Assembly (NCBI GenBank): GCA_963803805.1
Contig: CAWDOD010000002.1
Coordinates: 992,001 to 1,056,000 of the forward strand
DNA: 64,000 nt
Reading direction: 5' to 3'
Source of the DNA: an uncultured cyanobacterium
Lineage (GTDB): Bacteria > Cyanobacteriota > Cyanobacteriia > Cyanobacteriales > CAWCAG01
Shown: in pieces, positions 49,915 to 59,768 of the stretch
How positions within the stretch are numbered: the first letter of the stretch is position 1
Layout: each line of letters starts with the position of its first letter
Notes under the pieces: generated by a model
Seen by the model: the letters and a program-made list of their open reading frames with translations, nothing else
Databases searched by the model: none
Told to the model about the DNA's origin: nothing
Translations under genes and position numbers: made by a program

Positions 49915-50715
49915 TTACAAATGGCAAGCTAAACAAGGCAACTCCTCATCTTCTTCATCTAAAACCGACTCCAAAGCTTCAGATAAAGGCCGGTTAGGAG
50001 CAGCTTTTTTGTTCCTGCTCATTGCCTTTTCATGATTAGCAATAATCTCATCTTTGCGCTCCAAAAGTTGTAATAAAGTCTCTCCTTCTGTCCAAGTATA
50101 AGTTCTACCATCTTCATGATTTTGTTCATACTCAATAGCCTTAGCAAACAAATCTGGATGTTCTTGGGCTAGCATCACCCACTCATATTTACGCTGAAAA
50201 AAGCAAAAGAAACAGCCAGATCGGCTACGCCAGCGATAATAGTCTGGTAAGCCAATACCACTATCTTCTAAGATGTTAATAATATCTGCTTTAACCAATC
50301 CTCTTTCCTTAAAAGGAAACACAGGTTTAATATTCGGCTTAGTGGATAAATACCCTTCACGATTTTCATCGGCGCGAATGCCGACATAACTAATTGCTTG
50401 ATCATTGCCGACAAAATCTTCAAAAGGTTTGATTTTCATCTTCACCGTACACCAACGCATTTGAGGTGAAGGTAATAACCCATCATGGATCGTTAACCAA
50501 TGATCAAAACCCCTTTTTGCACTTAAATAGTGGATTTTAATACCTAAGCGGGCTTTAATACGCTCTAAGTATTCGTAAGTTTCTGGTAATTCCTTGTGGG
50601 TGTCACAAAAGAAATATTCCATCTCAGGGATTTCTCTATGTAACAAAATTGCTAAAGCTGTTGAATCTTTGCCCCCAGATAAACCCAGAATATGTCTAAC
50701 TTTTTTTGACAACAT
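49915..50715 (-). CDS. PAPS-reductase-family protein (SspD/DndC-like)
   Basis: PP-loop SGGKDS, RWCT..MKI.P, RSGCFFC, C-terminal CLAC. Confidence 0.9.
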   Translation of the reverse strand: MLSKKVRHILGLSGGKDSTALAILLHREIPEMEYFFCDTHKELPETYEYLERIKARLGIKIHYLSAKRGFDHWLTIHDGLLPSPQMRWCTVKMKIKPFEDFVGNDQAISYVGIRADENREGYLSTKPNIKPVFPFKERGLVKADIINILEDSGIGLPDYYRWRSRSGCFFCFFQRKYEWVMLAQEHPDLFAKAIEYEQNHEDGRTYTWTEGETLLQLLERKDEIIANHEKAMSRNKKAAPNRPLSEALESVLDEEDEELPCLACHL

Positions 50716-50806
50716 TGCGGTTGATTTTTATTTCAGAGCTATTACTTATTTTAAAGGTTATTTGCTTGTTTTTTCCTCAATTTTCTTTATTAATGATATT
50801 TTGTAT

Positions 50807-50966
50807 AATAGAAGAACTTAAGGAAGACTATACTATTTATGAGATAGCAGATGAGATTCTACCAATTTTAGATAAATTAGAAAAAGATGATCCAGATAAG
50901 GAGATTCGTACCAAAGTATCTCAGCTTTTAGAAATAATAGAACCTGATGAATGCTGGCATGACTAA
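50807..50966 (+). pseudogene. Opposite-strand C-terminal gene remnant (HEAT-like)
   Basis: …ILPILDKLEKDDPDKEIRTKVSQLLEII…* looks protein-like, while the upstream part of ORF 50706 does not. Left coordinate is approximate. Confidence 0.4.
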
Positions 50967-50978
50967 AGATTTATAAAC

Positions 50979-53900
50979 TCATCCTTGGAGTTCTTTATCT
51001 ATTTTGAAATCACGCTTTGTTTCAAGGTGAACAATATTTTCATTTGAACTAGTAGAGCCATTTAAAATTCTTTCTGTGAGCTTAGTAATTACAGCTTGTT
51101 GCAATTGGGAGTTTTCAGGTAATACATCTAAAACCTTTTCGACTAGTTTATTAACCTGGTTTTCTTGTTCATTATCAACCCAAACTAAGCGATGGGTTTC
51201 TTGCCCATCAGCGTGAGTTACGGTAAGGCGACGGGCTTCAAACCCAACTCCATTAACCGTTGCTTCTTTTTGTAAGGCTTCAAGATTTTGAAACCGTCTT
51301 ACCAAATCTGCAAGCTTACTCTCAAACTGAGTTACGTCTTTATCTGTCCAAGATTCGGCGGGTTTATCGGCTACAATCATCACTAAAGCTTCTAACCACT
51401 CTTTATCTCCTGGCTTCTGATCAGCAGCAGCTTTAGTAAAACGCCGTAAAGTAGGTTCAAGACAATTTTCGACTAAATAATTAGCTCTAACTCGTAAATC
51501 TTCCCGTAGTTTTTGCTCACCTCGACGAACGCCAAAAGCATTGTATAGTAAACTTTGACAATCATTCAACAAACTATCATAAGCTGTGTGTAATTCACGG
51601 ATAACTTGCCCCAGTTTTGCCCGTAATTTTTTGGCAATTGTGCCATCATCAACCTTCTCTGTACTAATAGCAGGTAAACCACAAGCTTGAGGTAGACTAG
51701 TGAACAAGAGTTCATCTGGTTCTACAGTTTCCTGTAAAGCTTCTAAAACAGCTACGGCTTCTGGACTTAATTGTTGCTTAGTTTGTTTTGTGTATTTAGG
51801 AAGTTTACTGGCAAACTGATACAAAGGTGTAACTACCGTTAGTAGAGTAGCATTACGCAGCTTTCTAGATTTTTTAGCTTTGGGATTGCGTAAAATAGTT
51901 TCTAGTTCTTTAAATACTTGAGATCGCAATCCTACAACTTCAAAATATTTGACTGCAAAACGAGAAGGGTTCTTTAGTAGTAATTCAAAATGCTCTATTC
52001 CTAAAATAGGAACAAAAGTACCATCTTGATAAATCCCAACATCATCAAGATGATATAGCAAGATTGCAGCTAATAAAATAGGAATTACCCCCTGTTTTAC
52101 TCCGTAGGGAGGAGCAGCTAAAATTTCATAAAGTTGAGCTAGGTTTTGAGGTTTATCTTTGGCAGCTAAACAAAACTTTTCAATAGCTTGCCACAATGTT
52201 TCTACGCCTGACTGTTTGCTGGGTGGATAAAAATTCTCTTGTTTATGAATTCCTGTTTCAGCTAAAAGAGAATAATAAATGGTAACTTCGGGACCATATC
52301 CTACTAACCCTAATTTCTCTTGATTAGAACACTCTATCATTGCTTCAATGAGTTGTCGCCTCGCCTTTGCTCCTTGGGAAGTAAGCTCTCTACGATTAAT
52401 TAGCTCATTTTGAATAATGGGAGTCTTGTGATAAATGCGATCACAAAGTTGAGAAAGTTTGGCGTTAAATTCGGTAATGTTATTAATGCTTTCCTGTTGT
52501 CCTTCAAACCAACAAATATTACTTTTAGCTGTTAATTTAAAAGCATTTTGTAGGGTTTCATAAAGTAAGTTTTCTGCTCCTACTAAGCGATAACGTACTT
52601 CTCTTCTTGCCACACCATCAGTTTGCAATTCTGAAGCAGTATTCTGAATTTCTTGCAGTGCTGCATACTCTCTAGTTCGGATACGTAGCAAATCTAATTT
52701 AGCAGCAGACAAGATAACTAAGGGCTTGCTATCAGCAGTAAATTGAGGAACAGAAGTAGGTTGATTATCATCTAGCCAATAAACAATTAATCCGTCACTT
52801 TCAGTATTAGAACAGGATAAATCTTTCAAATTACTAGAACTATCTAAGTAACAACGCTCAAAATAACGTAGAGTTCCTATTTGATAACTATGGCGCTGGA
52901 CTACTAAAGGTTTTAAAGGTCTAATTGAAGATAATAAACTGAATAAAGATGAGGAATTTTTATCACGATATTGTGATAGTTTACTGTCTATATTAAAATC
53001 AGAACCTTGCCAAATACGTAGTTCATTTAACTGACGACGGTGGGTAATTAAACCTTTGTGTAGTAGGTTATCAATGATTTGCTCCCAATATTTACGACTG
53101 TCGCTATCATCTGGACTATCACACATTGCTAAAGTAACTACATTACGGCTTGCCCTAGTTACCCCAGTAATTGTAACTAGGTTTAAGATGCCGATAGTTT
53201 TAAGAACTTTGAGAATATCAGGTTCAAGGTATTTAGCATCAGCAATTAAATCCTGAATTTCCACCCATCTTTGTAGATTAGGACGAGATGCTAACCCTAT
53301 TCCTGCTGCTTCTATAAAATAGTCATAAACTCTATCTAATTTCAAAGAAGGTAGAGCATTTGATTCTACTGTAACTTCTTCTAAAAACTTCTTAAATGAG
53401 TAGGGTTCCGAGCTAGTTAAAAAGGTAAACAGAGAGCGATCATTTTGAGCATAGCGATGACAAAGCGTGGGCAAAACCAAGGCAGTAATAGGATGTAATG
53501 GGTAGACTTTCTCGATTATTTCCCTACTTAATTCTTCGCTAACAAGAAGATTGTTCAGGGTGAAACACCATTCTTGGGCTTGATTATTAATAGCACAAGA
53601 GAGAGCTTCTACGTTTTTCTGATTAATAGCTTGGCCAATTAATCGCATCATTTGTCCTGCTGATTCAGTAAAAGCAATATCCTCAAATCTACCCTGAATC
53701 TTTGCCCATTCGTTGAGTTGAATAGAAGCTAATCTTTGACTATAATCAGCAAAAGCTTGATGAAGTATTCCTAAAATATAAATAGGAGTTTGATGATCTT
53801 TTGGTAGTTCAGCAAGTTGCTGCAATAAATATAAGTCTTCTGCCCCTTGATTATAAGCTGCATATTCTAAGTTTTTACCTAACTCATCAATTATCAAAAA

Positions 53901-54488
53901 TATGCCTGTCTTAGAAACTTTCGCTAGTTCTTGTACTAAAGCAGAAACTTCTTTGCCATCAATCTTATTTCCCCTCTCAATTTCTGCTTCTAAGTCTTGA
54001 ATTCGTGAAACAACTGCTAATTTATCACGCTTTGTAGGAGTCCAATATGTTTCTACTCCTCGAACTAAAGCCCGAATAATTGTCTGACTAACTGGTTCCC
54101 TTTGGGCAACACCAACTGCCTGAATATAACCTTTCGTGGGGATATTTAAGCTTAAAGCAAGATATTCAGAACTTTCTTTACCTAAAGCCGTTGCAGAGAT
54201 TTCTAATGCTAGCGATCGCATCTTGCTTTTTGAAGCTGCACATAAAGAAGCTAGATATAGGGCAAAGGCAGATTTACCAGTGCCATAAACGCTAGTTAAA
54301 GTCCACGCATTACTAGCACCTTCTTCTTGTCCCAGCCCTGGTAAAATGCGTCTTAGAGCATCAACAGACCTTTCAGTAAGGATATATCCTGCTAAGGCAT
54401 CTAATTGTTCTAAATCTCGCTCTAAATTAACCGAACGAGAGTAGCGACGATTGAGGCTGAAATATTGAGAAAGTGCTTTATTAGCCAT
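50979..54488 (-). CDS. Large P-loop ATPase (SspC/BrxC-like)
   Basis: RSVNLERD, YGTGKS Walker A, LIIDELGKNLEY Walker B, EWAKIQGRF, YPLHP, PPYGVK. Confidence 0.85.
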   Translation of the reverse strand: MANKALSQYFSLNRRYSRSVNLERDLEQLDALAGYILTERSVDALRRILPGLGQEEGASNAWTLTSVYGTGKSAFALYLASLCAASKSKMRSLALEISATALGKESSEYLALSLNIPTKGYIQAVGVAQREPVSQTIIRALVRGVETYWTPTKRDKLAVVSRIQDLEAEIERGNKIDGKEVSALVQELAKVSKTGIFLIIDELGKNLEYAAYNQGAEDLYLLQQLAELPKDHQTPIYILGILHQAFADYSQRLASIQLNEWAKIQGRFEDIAFTESAGQMMRLIGQAINQKNVEALSCAINNQAQEWCFTLNNLLVSEELSREIIEKVYPLHPITALVLPTLCHRYAQNDRSLFTFLTSSEPYSFKKFLEEVTVESNALPSLKLDRVYDYFIEAAGIGLASRPNLQRWVEIQDLIADAKYLEPDILKVLKTIGILNLVTITGVTRASRNVVTLAMCDSPDDSDSRKYWEQIIDNLLHKGLITHRRQLNELRIWQGSDFNIDSKLSQYRDKNSSSLFSLLSSIRPLKPLVVQRHSYQIGTLRYFERCYLDSSSNLKDLSCSNTESDGLIVYWLDDNQPTSVPQFTADSKPLVILSAAKLDLLRIRTREYAALQEIQNTASELQTDGVARREVRYRLVGAENLLYETLQNAFKLTAKSNICWFEGQQESINNITEFNAKLSQLCDRIYHKTPIIQNELINRRELTSQGAKARRQLIEAMIECSNQEKLGLVGYGPEVTIYYSLLAETGIHKQENFYPPSKQSGVETLWQAIEKFCLAAKDKPQNLAQLYEILAAPPYGVKQGVIPILLAAILLYHLDDVGIYQDGTFVPILGIEHFELLLKNPSRFAVKYFEVVGLRSQVFKELETILRNPKAKKSRKLRNATLLTVVTPLYQFASKLPKYTKQTKQQLSPEAVAVLEALQETVEPDELLFTSLPQACGLPAISTEKVDDGTIAKKLRAKLGQVIRELHTAYDSLLNDCQSLLYNAFGVRRGEQKLREDLRVRANYLVENCLEPTLRRFTKAAADQKPGDKEWLEALVMIVADKPAESWTDKDVTQFESKLADLVRRFQNLEALQKEATVNGVGFEARRLTVTHADGQETHRLVWVDNEQENQVNKLVEKVLDVLPENSQLQQAVITKLTERILNGSTSSNENIVHLETKRDFKIDKELQG

Positions 54489-54494
54489 TACGAT

Positions 54495-55430
54495 TTATAC
54501 CCACTGCCTCTGAAGACGATAATACTTATCTAGAATATCGTCTGCTAGTTGTTTTGGATTGCTTTTAAAAGAAAGTTGAATTAATCCTGCCGATTCAGAA
54601 ATATCAAGGAAATCATGAGACTGTGCTACTTTTTCTATAGCCTCACAGAGAACAGTTTCAGAAAGTTTGAATGCCAAACCGGGACTACCTATATCGTATA
54701 AGAGTCTCGATATTGCCACTTCTTCTGCACCTTTACTTGCCCAGCTAGCATATTCTAAGCAAGCCGCAACAATAATTTCGGGGGGTAAATTTGCTTTTGC
54801 CCCAGTTTTGAAACTATAACGTTTACTGCTTCGGGCATTTTGGATAATGCCTAATTGTTGAAAAGGACAATCAATAGAGTCTTCTTTAAAACTTGTTTTG
54901 CTCTCTTGTGAACTATACATCCGTAAAATACAAGAAATATCTTTTTTTAAAGAAGATTCAACTACGGTTTTACCTAAAGTGTTTTGCCATTCACTAATTT
55001 CTGTAAGTAACTCATCTGAAGTGAATTCGAGTTTCTTAGATATAAAAAAAGTAAAATACCAAGCAGCAGCTTCACAGGTTGGTTTAAGTAGATTCCAATG
55101 TAATAACCATAAAGAAGCCGGATCTTCAAGAAATGAATCCCAACCATGTTCACCAAAAAGCTGCTTGCCAAATTCAGTCGGGCGCTCTGCTTCTAAAACC
55201 TTAAAACTTCTGCACCAATAACGAATAGAACGTACCATGTTCTTACCCACTCCTAAACGAATAGGTGCATCTTCCCTTTGAAAGATATTTCCATCTTTTT
55301 CTGCCCAGTCAAATCCTTTTTTTAACCAACTAAAACGAGGATGAAAAGTTTCATGCCGAGCAAAGATAGGCTCTACTGGTGCAATTTCTAGAATATCACT
55401 ATCGGTTTGGGAAACAGTTGATGGGGGCAT
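54495..55430 (-). CDS. DUF4007-family protein (SspB-like)
   Basis: FARHETFHPRFSWLKKG, LGVGKNMVRSIRYW, D.FLED..SLWLLHW. Confidence 0.9.
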   Translation of the reverse strand: MPPSTVSQTDSDILEIAPVEPIFARHETFHPRFSWLKKGFDWAEKDGNIFQREDAPIRLGVGKNMVRSIRYWCRSFKVLEAERPTEFGKQLFGEHGWDSFLEDPASLWLLHWNLLKPTCEAAAWYFTFFISKKLEFTSDELLTEISEWQNTLGKTVVESSLKKDISCILRMYSSQESKTSFKEDSIDCPFQQLGIIQNARSSKRYSFKTGAKANLPPEIIVAACLEYASWASKGAEEVAISRLLYDIGSPGLAFKLSETVLCEAIEKVAQSHDFLDISESAGLIQLSFKSNPKQLADDILDKYYRLQRQWV

Positions 55431-55531
55431 TAAATTATAAGGCGTTCATAACTTAGTACTATGATACTAAATTCTCTCAAGCAAATATTTCTAATGCTTT
55501 CTTTCTTAATTAGAATTAATCTAAAATATTA

Positions 55532-56287
55532 CTACACAGCTAAAAAGCGATCAATTACTTCTTGACTCAACTCGCTTGTGGAACCAGAAGCGACAATTCC
55601 TCCTTTTTGCATCGCGTAATAATAGTCAGCTTGACGGACAAAATGTAAATGCTGTTCTACTAATAAAACCGAAATTCCGGTACTTTCAATAATACGACGT
55701 ACTGCCGCTTCAATTTCTAGGATAATGGAAGGTTGAATCCCTTCTGTAGGTTCATCCAAAACTAATAACTGAGGTTTCCCCATCAAAGCACGGGCGATCG
55801 CAAGTTGTTGTTGTTGCCCACCGCTTAAGTCTCCTCCTCGTCGAGAAAGCATGGTTTTAAGCACAGGAAACAAAGCAAAGATTTCTTCTGGTATTTCTTG
55901 CTTACCTTTCCTGCCTTGAGGGCGGGCTTCTAATCCTAATAATAAATTTTCTTCTACTGTCACGCGAGGAATTATTTCTCTACCTTGAGGTACGTAACCA
56001 ATACCCAATCTTGCTCTTTTATCAGTAGCAAGTTTGTCAATAGGTATGCCGGAAAAACTAATAGTTCCTATACGCTGTTTAAGTAAGCCAATAATTGTTT
56101 TTAATAAGGTTGTTTTTCCCACTCCATTACGGCCAATTAAACAAACCATTTGTCCTTTAGGAACACTTAAATCAACATTACGGAGAATATGACTTTCCCC
56201 ATAATAAACGTTCAATCCCGAAACTTGCAGCATCGGCGCCTGCGAAACTTCATCACTTACTGGAACATCAATATTAGTTTGAGTCAT
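55532..56287 (-). CDS. urtE: Urea ABC transporter ATP-binding subunit
   Basis: GRNGVGKT, LSGGQQQQLAIARAL, DEPTEGIQPS; last gene of the urt operon. Confidence 0.93.
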   Translation of the reverse strand: MTQTNIDVPVSDEVSQAPMLQVSGLNVYYGESHILRNVDLSVPKGQMVCLIGRNGVGKTTLLKTIIGLLKQRIGTISFSGIPIDKLATDKRARLGIGYVPQGREIIPRVTVEENLLLGLEARPQGRKGKQEIPEEIFALFPVLKTMLSRRGGDLSGGQQQQLAIARALMGKPQLLVLDEPTEGIQPSIILEIEAAVRRIIESTGISVLLVEQHLHFVRQADYYYAMQKGGIVASGSTSELSQEVIDRFLAV

Positions 56288-56381
56288 TTTATTTGCTATT
56301 TGCTAGTTGCTAATTATTTTTTCCCTGAAGTAGCAAGAAATATACTCTTAAAGCTAATAGCTAATAGCTAACAGCTAATTG

Positions 56382-57128
56382 CTATGTTTCTTCCCCTAAA
56401 TAAACCTCAATTACACGAGGATCATTTTGTACCTCATCCATGTTGCCTTCACAAAGTACTGAACCTTGATGTAAAACGCTTACTTGACGAGCAATTTGTC
56501 GGACAAATTCCATATCATGTTCAATAACAATGATAGAATGACTTTCCGCTAATGCTAATAGTAGTTCCCCCACATTTTCTGTTTCTTCATCAGTCAAACC
56601 AGCAACAGGTTCATCTACTAATAATAAGTCGGGGGATTGAGCAACTAACATTCCTATTTCTAAGCGCTGTTTTTCACCATGGGAAAGTAAGTCTGCGAGT
56701 AAATCAGCTTTGGATGTTAAACCAATAGTTTCCATTAAGCCAGTAACATTACGTTGTTCACTAGCTGAAGGACGACCAAAAAGAGTGCCAAAAACGTTTT
56801 TTTTGCGGTTACAAACTAAATCCAAATTTTCCCTGACTGTTAAGTTTAAAAGCACTCGCGGAGTTTGAAATTTACGACCAATACCTAAGCGAGAAATCTT
56901 ATCTTCTGAAAGCCGTTTTAAGTTGCGCCCTTTAAATAAAACTTGTCCTTCTGTAGGTTGAACTTTTCCAGTAATGACATCTAAAAAAGTAGTTTTTCCC
57001 GCCCCATTAGGACCAATAACCACTCGCAATTCTCCAGTATTTAAAGCAAGATTCAAGTTGTTAAGGGCTTTAAAACCATCAAAGTTAACTGTAAGATTTT
57101 GTATTTCTAAGATTTTTTCATTAGCCAT
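56382..57128 (-). CDS. urtD: Urea ABC transporter ATP-binding subunit
   Basis: GPNGAGKT, LSHGEKQRLEIG, VIEVYLG. Start placed at MANEK because the longer N-terminus is translated repeat DNA. Confidence 0.93.
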   Translation of the reverse strand: MANEKILEIQNLTVNFDGFKALNNLNLALNTGELRVVIGPNGAGKTTFLDVITGKVQPTEGQVLFKGRNLKRLSEDKISRLGIGRKFQTPRVLLNLTVRENLDLVCNRKKNVFGTLFGRPSASEQRNVTGLMETIGLTSKADLLADLLSHGEKQRLEIGMLVAQSPDLLLVDEPVAGLTDEETENVGELLLALAESHSIIVIEHDMEFVRQIARQVSVLHQGSVLCEGNMDEVQNDPRVIEVYLGEET

Positions 57129-57134
57129 TGGAAA

Positions 57135-57176
57135 TAATAAGTAATAAGTAATAAGTAATAAGTAATAAGTAATAGG
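57135..57176. repeat. Heptamer tandem repeat (TAATAAG)x5 plus one variant
   Basis: Directly visible between urtC and urtD. Confidence 0.9.
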
Positions 57177-57238
57177 TAACAACTGATAATTATTCATTGA
57201 TGCTTAACGGCAACGGCAAGCCGTACAATGATCATTTA

Positions 57239-58393
57239 TCATTTATCATTTATCATTGATTCCCGTTCTTTTACTACTTCTGGATCTTCTTCTAAACTAG
57301 GATAGGTAAAAGCTTGTTTGCGCCGGAAAAATAGCGATCGCAGCTTTTTAAATAAGCCGACTATACCATCCGGTAAGACGGTAACAACTATTAAAAATAA
57401 TGCCCCTTGGAAAAATAGCCAGATTTCAGGATATTTTTCGCTTAAAAATGTTCTTGCCCAGGTAACTAATAGAGTACCAATTATTGCTCCTACTAAAGTT
57501 CCTCTGCCTCCTACTGCTACCCAAATTACCATTTCAATGGAGAAGGCAACTTCCATGAAACTGGGGGTAATAATTCCTGATTGTACTGTGTATAAAGCCC
57601 CGGAAATTCCGGCGATCGCACCAGAAATAGCAAAGACTAACACCTTGAATCCAGTGGGGTTATAACCAGAAAAACGTACCCGATTTTCATCATCACGGAT
57701 AGCAATCAACATCCTACCAAAACGACCACTAGTTAACCACCGGCAAAATAAGTAAGTAAGCAGAAGTACGAAAATAGTAATTTCATAAAAAGCTATTTGG
57801 GCTGATTGGGAACTAATGACAGCACCAAAGAAAGTTGCTGTATCCGTTTTTAGTCCGTTAGTACCGTTAATTAGTTTTTGTTGACCGTTGAAAAAGTTGA
57901 AAAAGACCAGTAGTGCTGCTTGGGTTAAAATTGAAAAGTAAACCCCTTTAATTCTGTTACGAAATACCAAATAACCCAACAAACCTGCCACAATTGCGGG
58001 GATCAGGAAAATAGCAATTAAGGTGAAAGGAAAAGAGTAAAAAGGTTGCCAGAAAAAAGGCAGCTTATCAACGCCGTATAAACTAAAAAAGTCAGGTAAC
58101 TCTCCAGGGGGAATTTGTAGTTTGAGGTGCATCGCCAAAGCGTAGCCCCCAAGGGCAAAAAAGATGCCATGACCTAAACTAAGCAAGCCAGTATAGCCCC
58201 AAATTAAGTCGATTCCTAAAGCAACTATAGCTAAGGAGAGAAACCTTCCGAACAGTCTCAGGCGAAAATCTCCTAAAACTAAGGGCATTACTACAGCAAG
58301 CAAAAGAAGAGTCGCGACTAGAGCAGCAACTTCAATAGCGAGCCTACGCCGTTTTTTATGCTTAATGTTACGATTGACAAGAGATGTTTCCAC
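57239..58393 (-). CDS. urtC: Urea ABC transporter permease
   Basis: DLIWGYTGLLSLGHG, KGVYFSILTQA, AIRDDENRVRFSGY. Confidence 0.93.
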   Translation of the reverse strand: METSLVNRNIKHKKRRRLAIEVAALVATLLLLAVVMPLVLGDFRLRLFGRFLSLAIVALGIDLIWGYTGLLSLGHGIFFALGGYALAMHLKLQIPPGELPDFFSLYGVDKLPFFWQPFYSFPFTLIAIFLIPAIVAGLLGYLVFRNRIKGVYFSILTQAALLVFFNFFNGQQKLINGTNGLKTDTATFFGAVISSQSAQIAFYEITIFVLLLTYLFCRWLTSGRFGRMLIAIRDDENRVRFSGYNPTGFKVLVFAISGAIAGISGALYTVQSGIITPSFMEVAFSIEMVIWVAVGGRGTLVGAIIGTLLVTWARTFLSEKYPEIWLFFQGALFLIVVTVLPDGIVGLFKKLRSLFFRRKQAFTYPSLEEDPEVVKERESMINDK

Positions 58394-58426
58394 TTTTCAA
58401 GTTACCTATTACCTATTACCTATTAC

Positions 58427-59596
58427 CTAATTCTCTACCGCACGTCCTTTTTGAGGAAAAATACCGGAAGGTTTTACTTGTAAAAAGGCAATAATTAAAG
58501 CAAAAATCATTACCTTTGCCATACTTGTAGTTGCAAAGAAAGTAAAAAAGTCAGCGATAGGTTTCAATGAATCAGTAGCAGGAAGAAGAAGGGCGATAGT
58601 TCCTGTACCAATCAAATAAGTAATGATACCAATTGCTAAAGCAGCCAAGATTGTTCCGAGTAAATTTCCTACACCACCAACTACCACCACCATGAAAGTA
58701 TCAACAATATAAAGCTGACCAACATTAGGCCCTACCGATCCCAGAAGAGTAATGGCACAACCCGCTATCCCGGCTAAACCAGAGCCTAAAGCAAAGGTGA
58801 TAGCATCTACTTGTTCGGTGGGAATTCCTAAGCAAGCACTCATGGTGCGATTTTGAGTAACAGACCTAATTTTTAGTCCCCAAGTAGTGCCATTCAAAAA
58901 CCAATAGATAGCAGCGACACAAATAATGGTTAGAACAATGATAAATAATCTTGTATAGGCAAATTGCAAACTACCTAAAGATAAGCCCTCTTGTAGCCAT
59001 TTTGGGGCGCTAACATCAACGTTTCTGGTATCAAACCAAGGCTTTGTCCAGGTTTGGCTATCGCTTTTGTTGATTAATATTCCCAGTGCGATCGCAATTC
59101 CCCCGGAGATAGTTAATAGCAAGGCGATCGCTTTATCCTTAATGCTTTGCCAATTACTACGGCGTTTGAGAATAGCAAGTCCCCCCAAAAAAAGTAAACA
59201 AAAGACTCCTAAACAAAGGGCTAACATTCCACTAACACTACGAACAAACTGTCGTAATATCAGGCTAACGCCCCAAGTCGCAAGTAATGTTTCTAATGGT
59301 CTGCCATAAAGGAAGCGGATCACACTTTTTTCTAAAAGTAGCCCTACTATTGCCGCCACGATAAAAGCACAGGGAATAGCAAAGAAAAAGTAGTAATTAT
59401 ATAAAGACTCCGGTAAGTAAGCTTTGAAGGTATTTTGGACTACAAAAGTTGTGTAAGCCCCCAACATCATTAACTCTCCATGGGCGAGGTTAATTACTCC
59501 CATGAGTCCAAAAACAATGGCTAGCCCTAGTGCAGCAAGCAACAGTACAGAACCAATACTGATGCCATCAAAAAGTCCTTGTATTAGTGGTAACAC
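58427..59596 (-). CDS. urtB: Urea ABC transporter permease
   Basis: GLMGVINLAHGELMMLGAY, YGRPLETLLATWG, PSGIFPQKGR. Confidence 0.93.
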   Translation of the reverse strand: MLPLIQGLFDGISIGSVLLLAALGLAIVFGLMGVINLAHGELMMLGAYTTFVVQNTFKAYLPESLYNYYFFFAIPCAFIVAAIVGLLLEKSVIRFLYGRPLETLLATWGVSLILRQFVRSVSGMLALCLGVFCLLFLGGLAILKRRSNWQSIKDKAIALLLTISGGIAIALGILINKSDSQTWTKPWFDTRNVDVSAPKWLQEGLSLGSLQFAYTRLFIIVLTIICVAAIYWFLNGTTWGLKIRSVTQNRTMSACLGIPTEQVDAITFALGSGLAGIAGCAITLLGSVGPNVGQLYIVDTFMVVVVGGVGNLLGTILAALAIGIITYLIGTGTIALLLPATDSLKPIADFFTFFATTSMAKVMIFALIIAFLQVKPSGIFPQKGRAVEN

Positions 59597-59768
59597 TTCA
59601 GTTAAGGGATTTTAGTTTCAATTTTGGCTTAGATTGTAGAGTAGAATGTGGCTTCCCCTGAAACTGTTCGCAGTAAGCACTTTGGCAAAAGTAATAAGTA
59701 ATAAGTAATAAGTTTTGAATGTAATTTAGTCTGATTACCCATTACCTATTACCCATTACCTGATCCCT

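Noticed and set aside
49915-50715. Housekeeping cysH (sulfate assimilation)
   Set aside because: The context (DUF4007, ATPase, desulfurase) and the lack of the ECGLH C-terminal motif point to the DNA-modification clade.
41451-55430. Calling the island BREX type 4 or DndABCDE
   Set aside because: No PglZ, BrxL, DndB, SMC-like DndD or DndE is recognisable, and DUF4007 and the PAPS reductase are separate genes.
57129-57197. N-terminal extension of UrtD (MNNYQLLPITYYLLLITYY)
   Set aside because: It is the translation of the TAATAAG tandem repeat.
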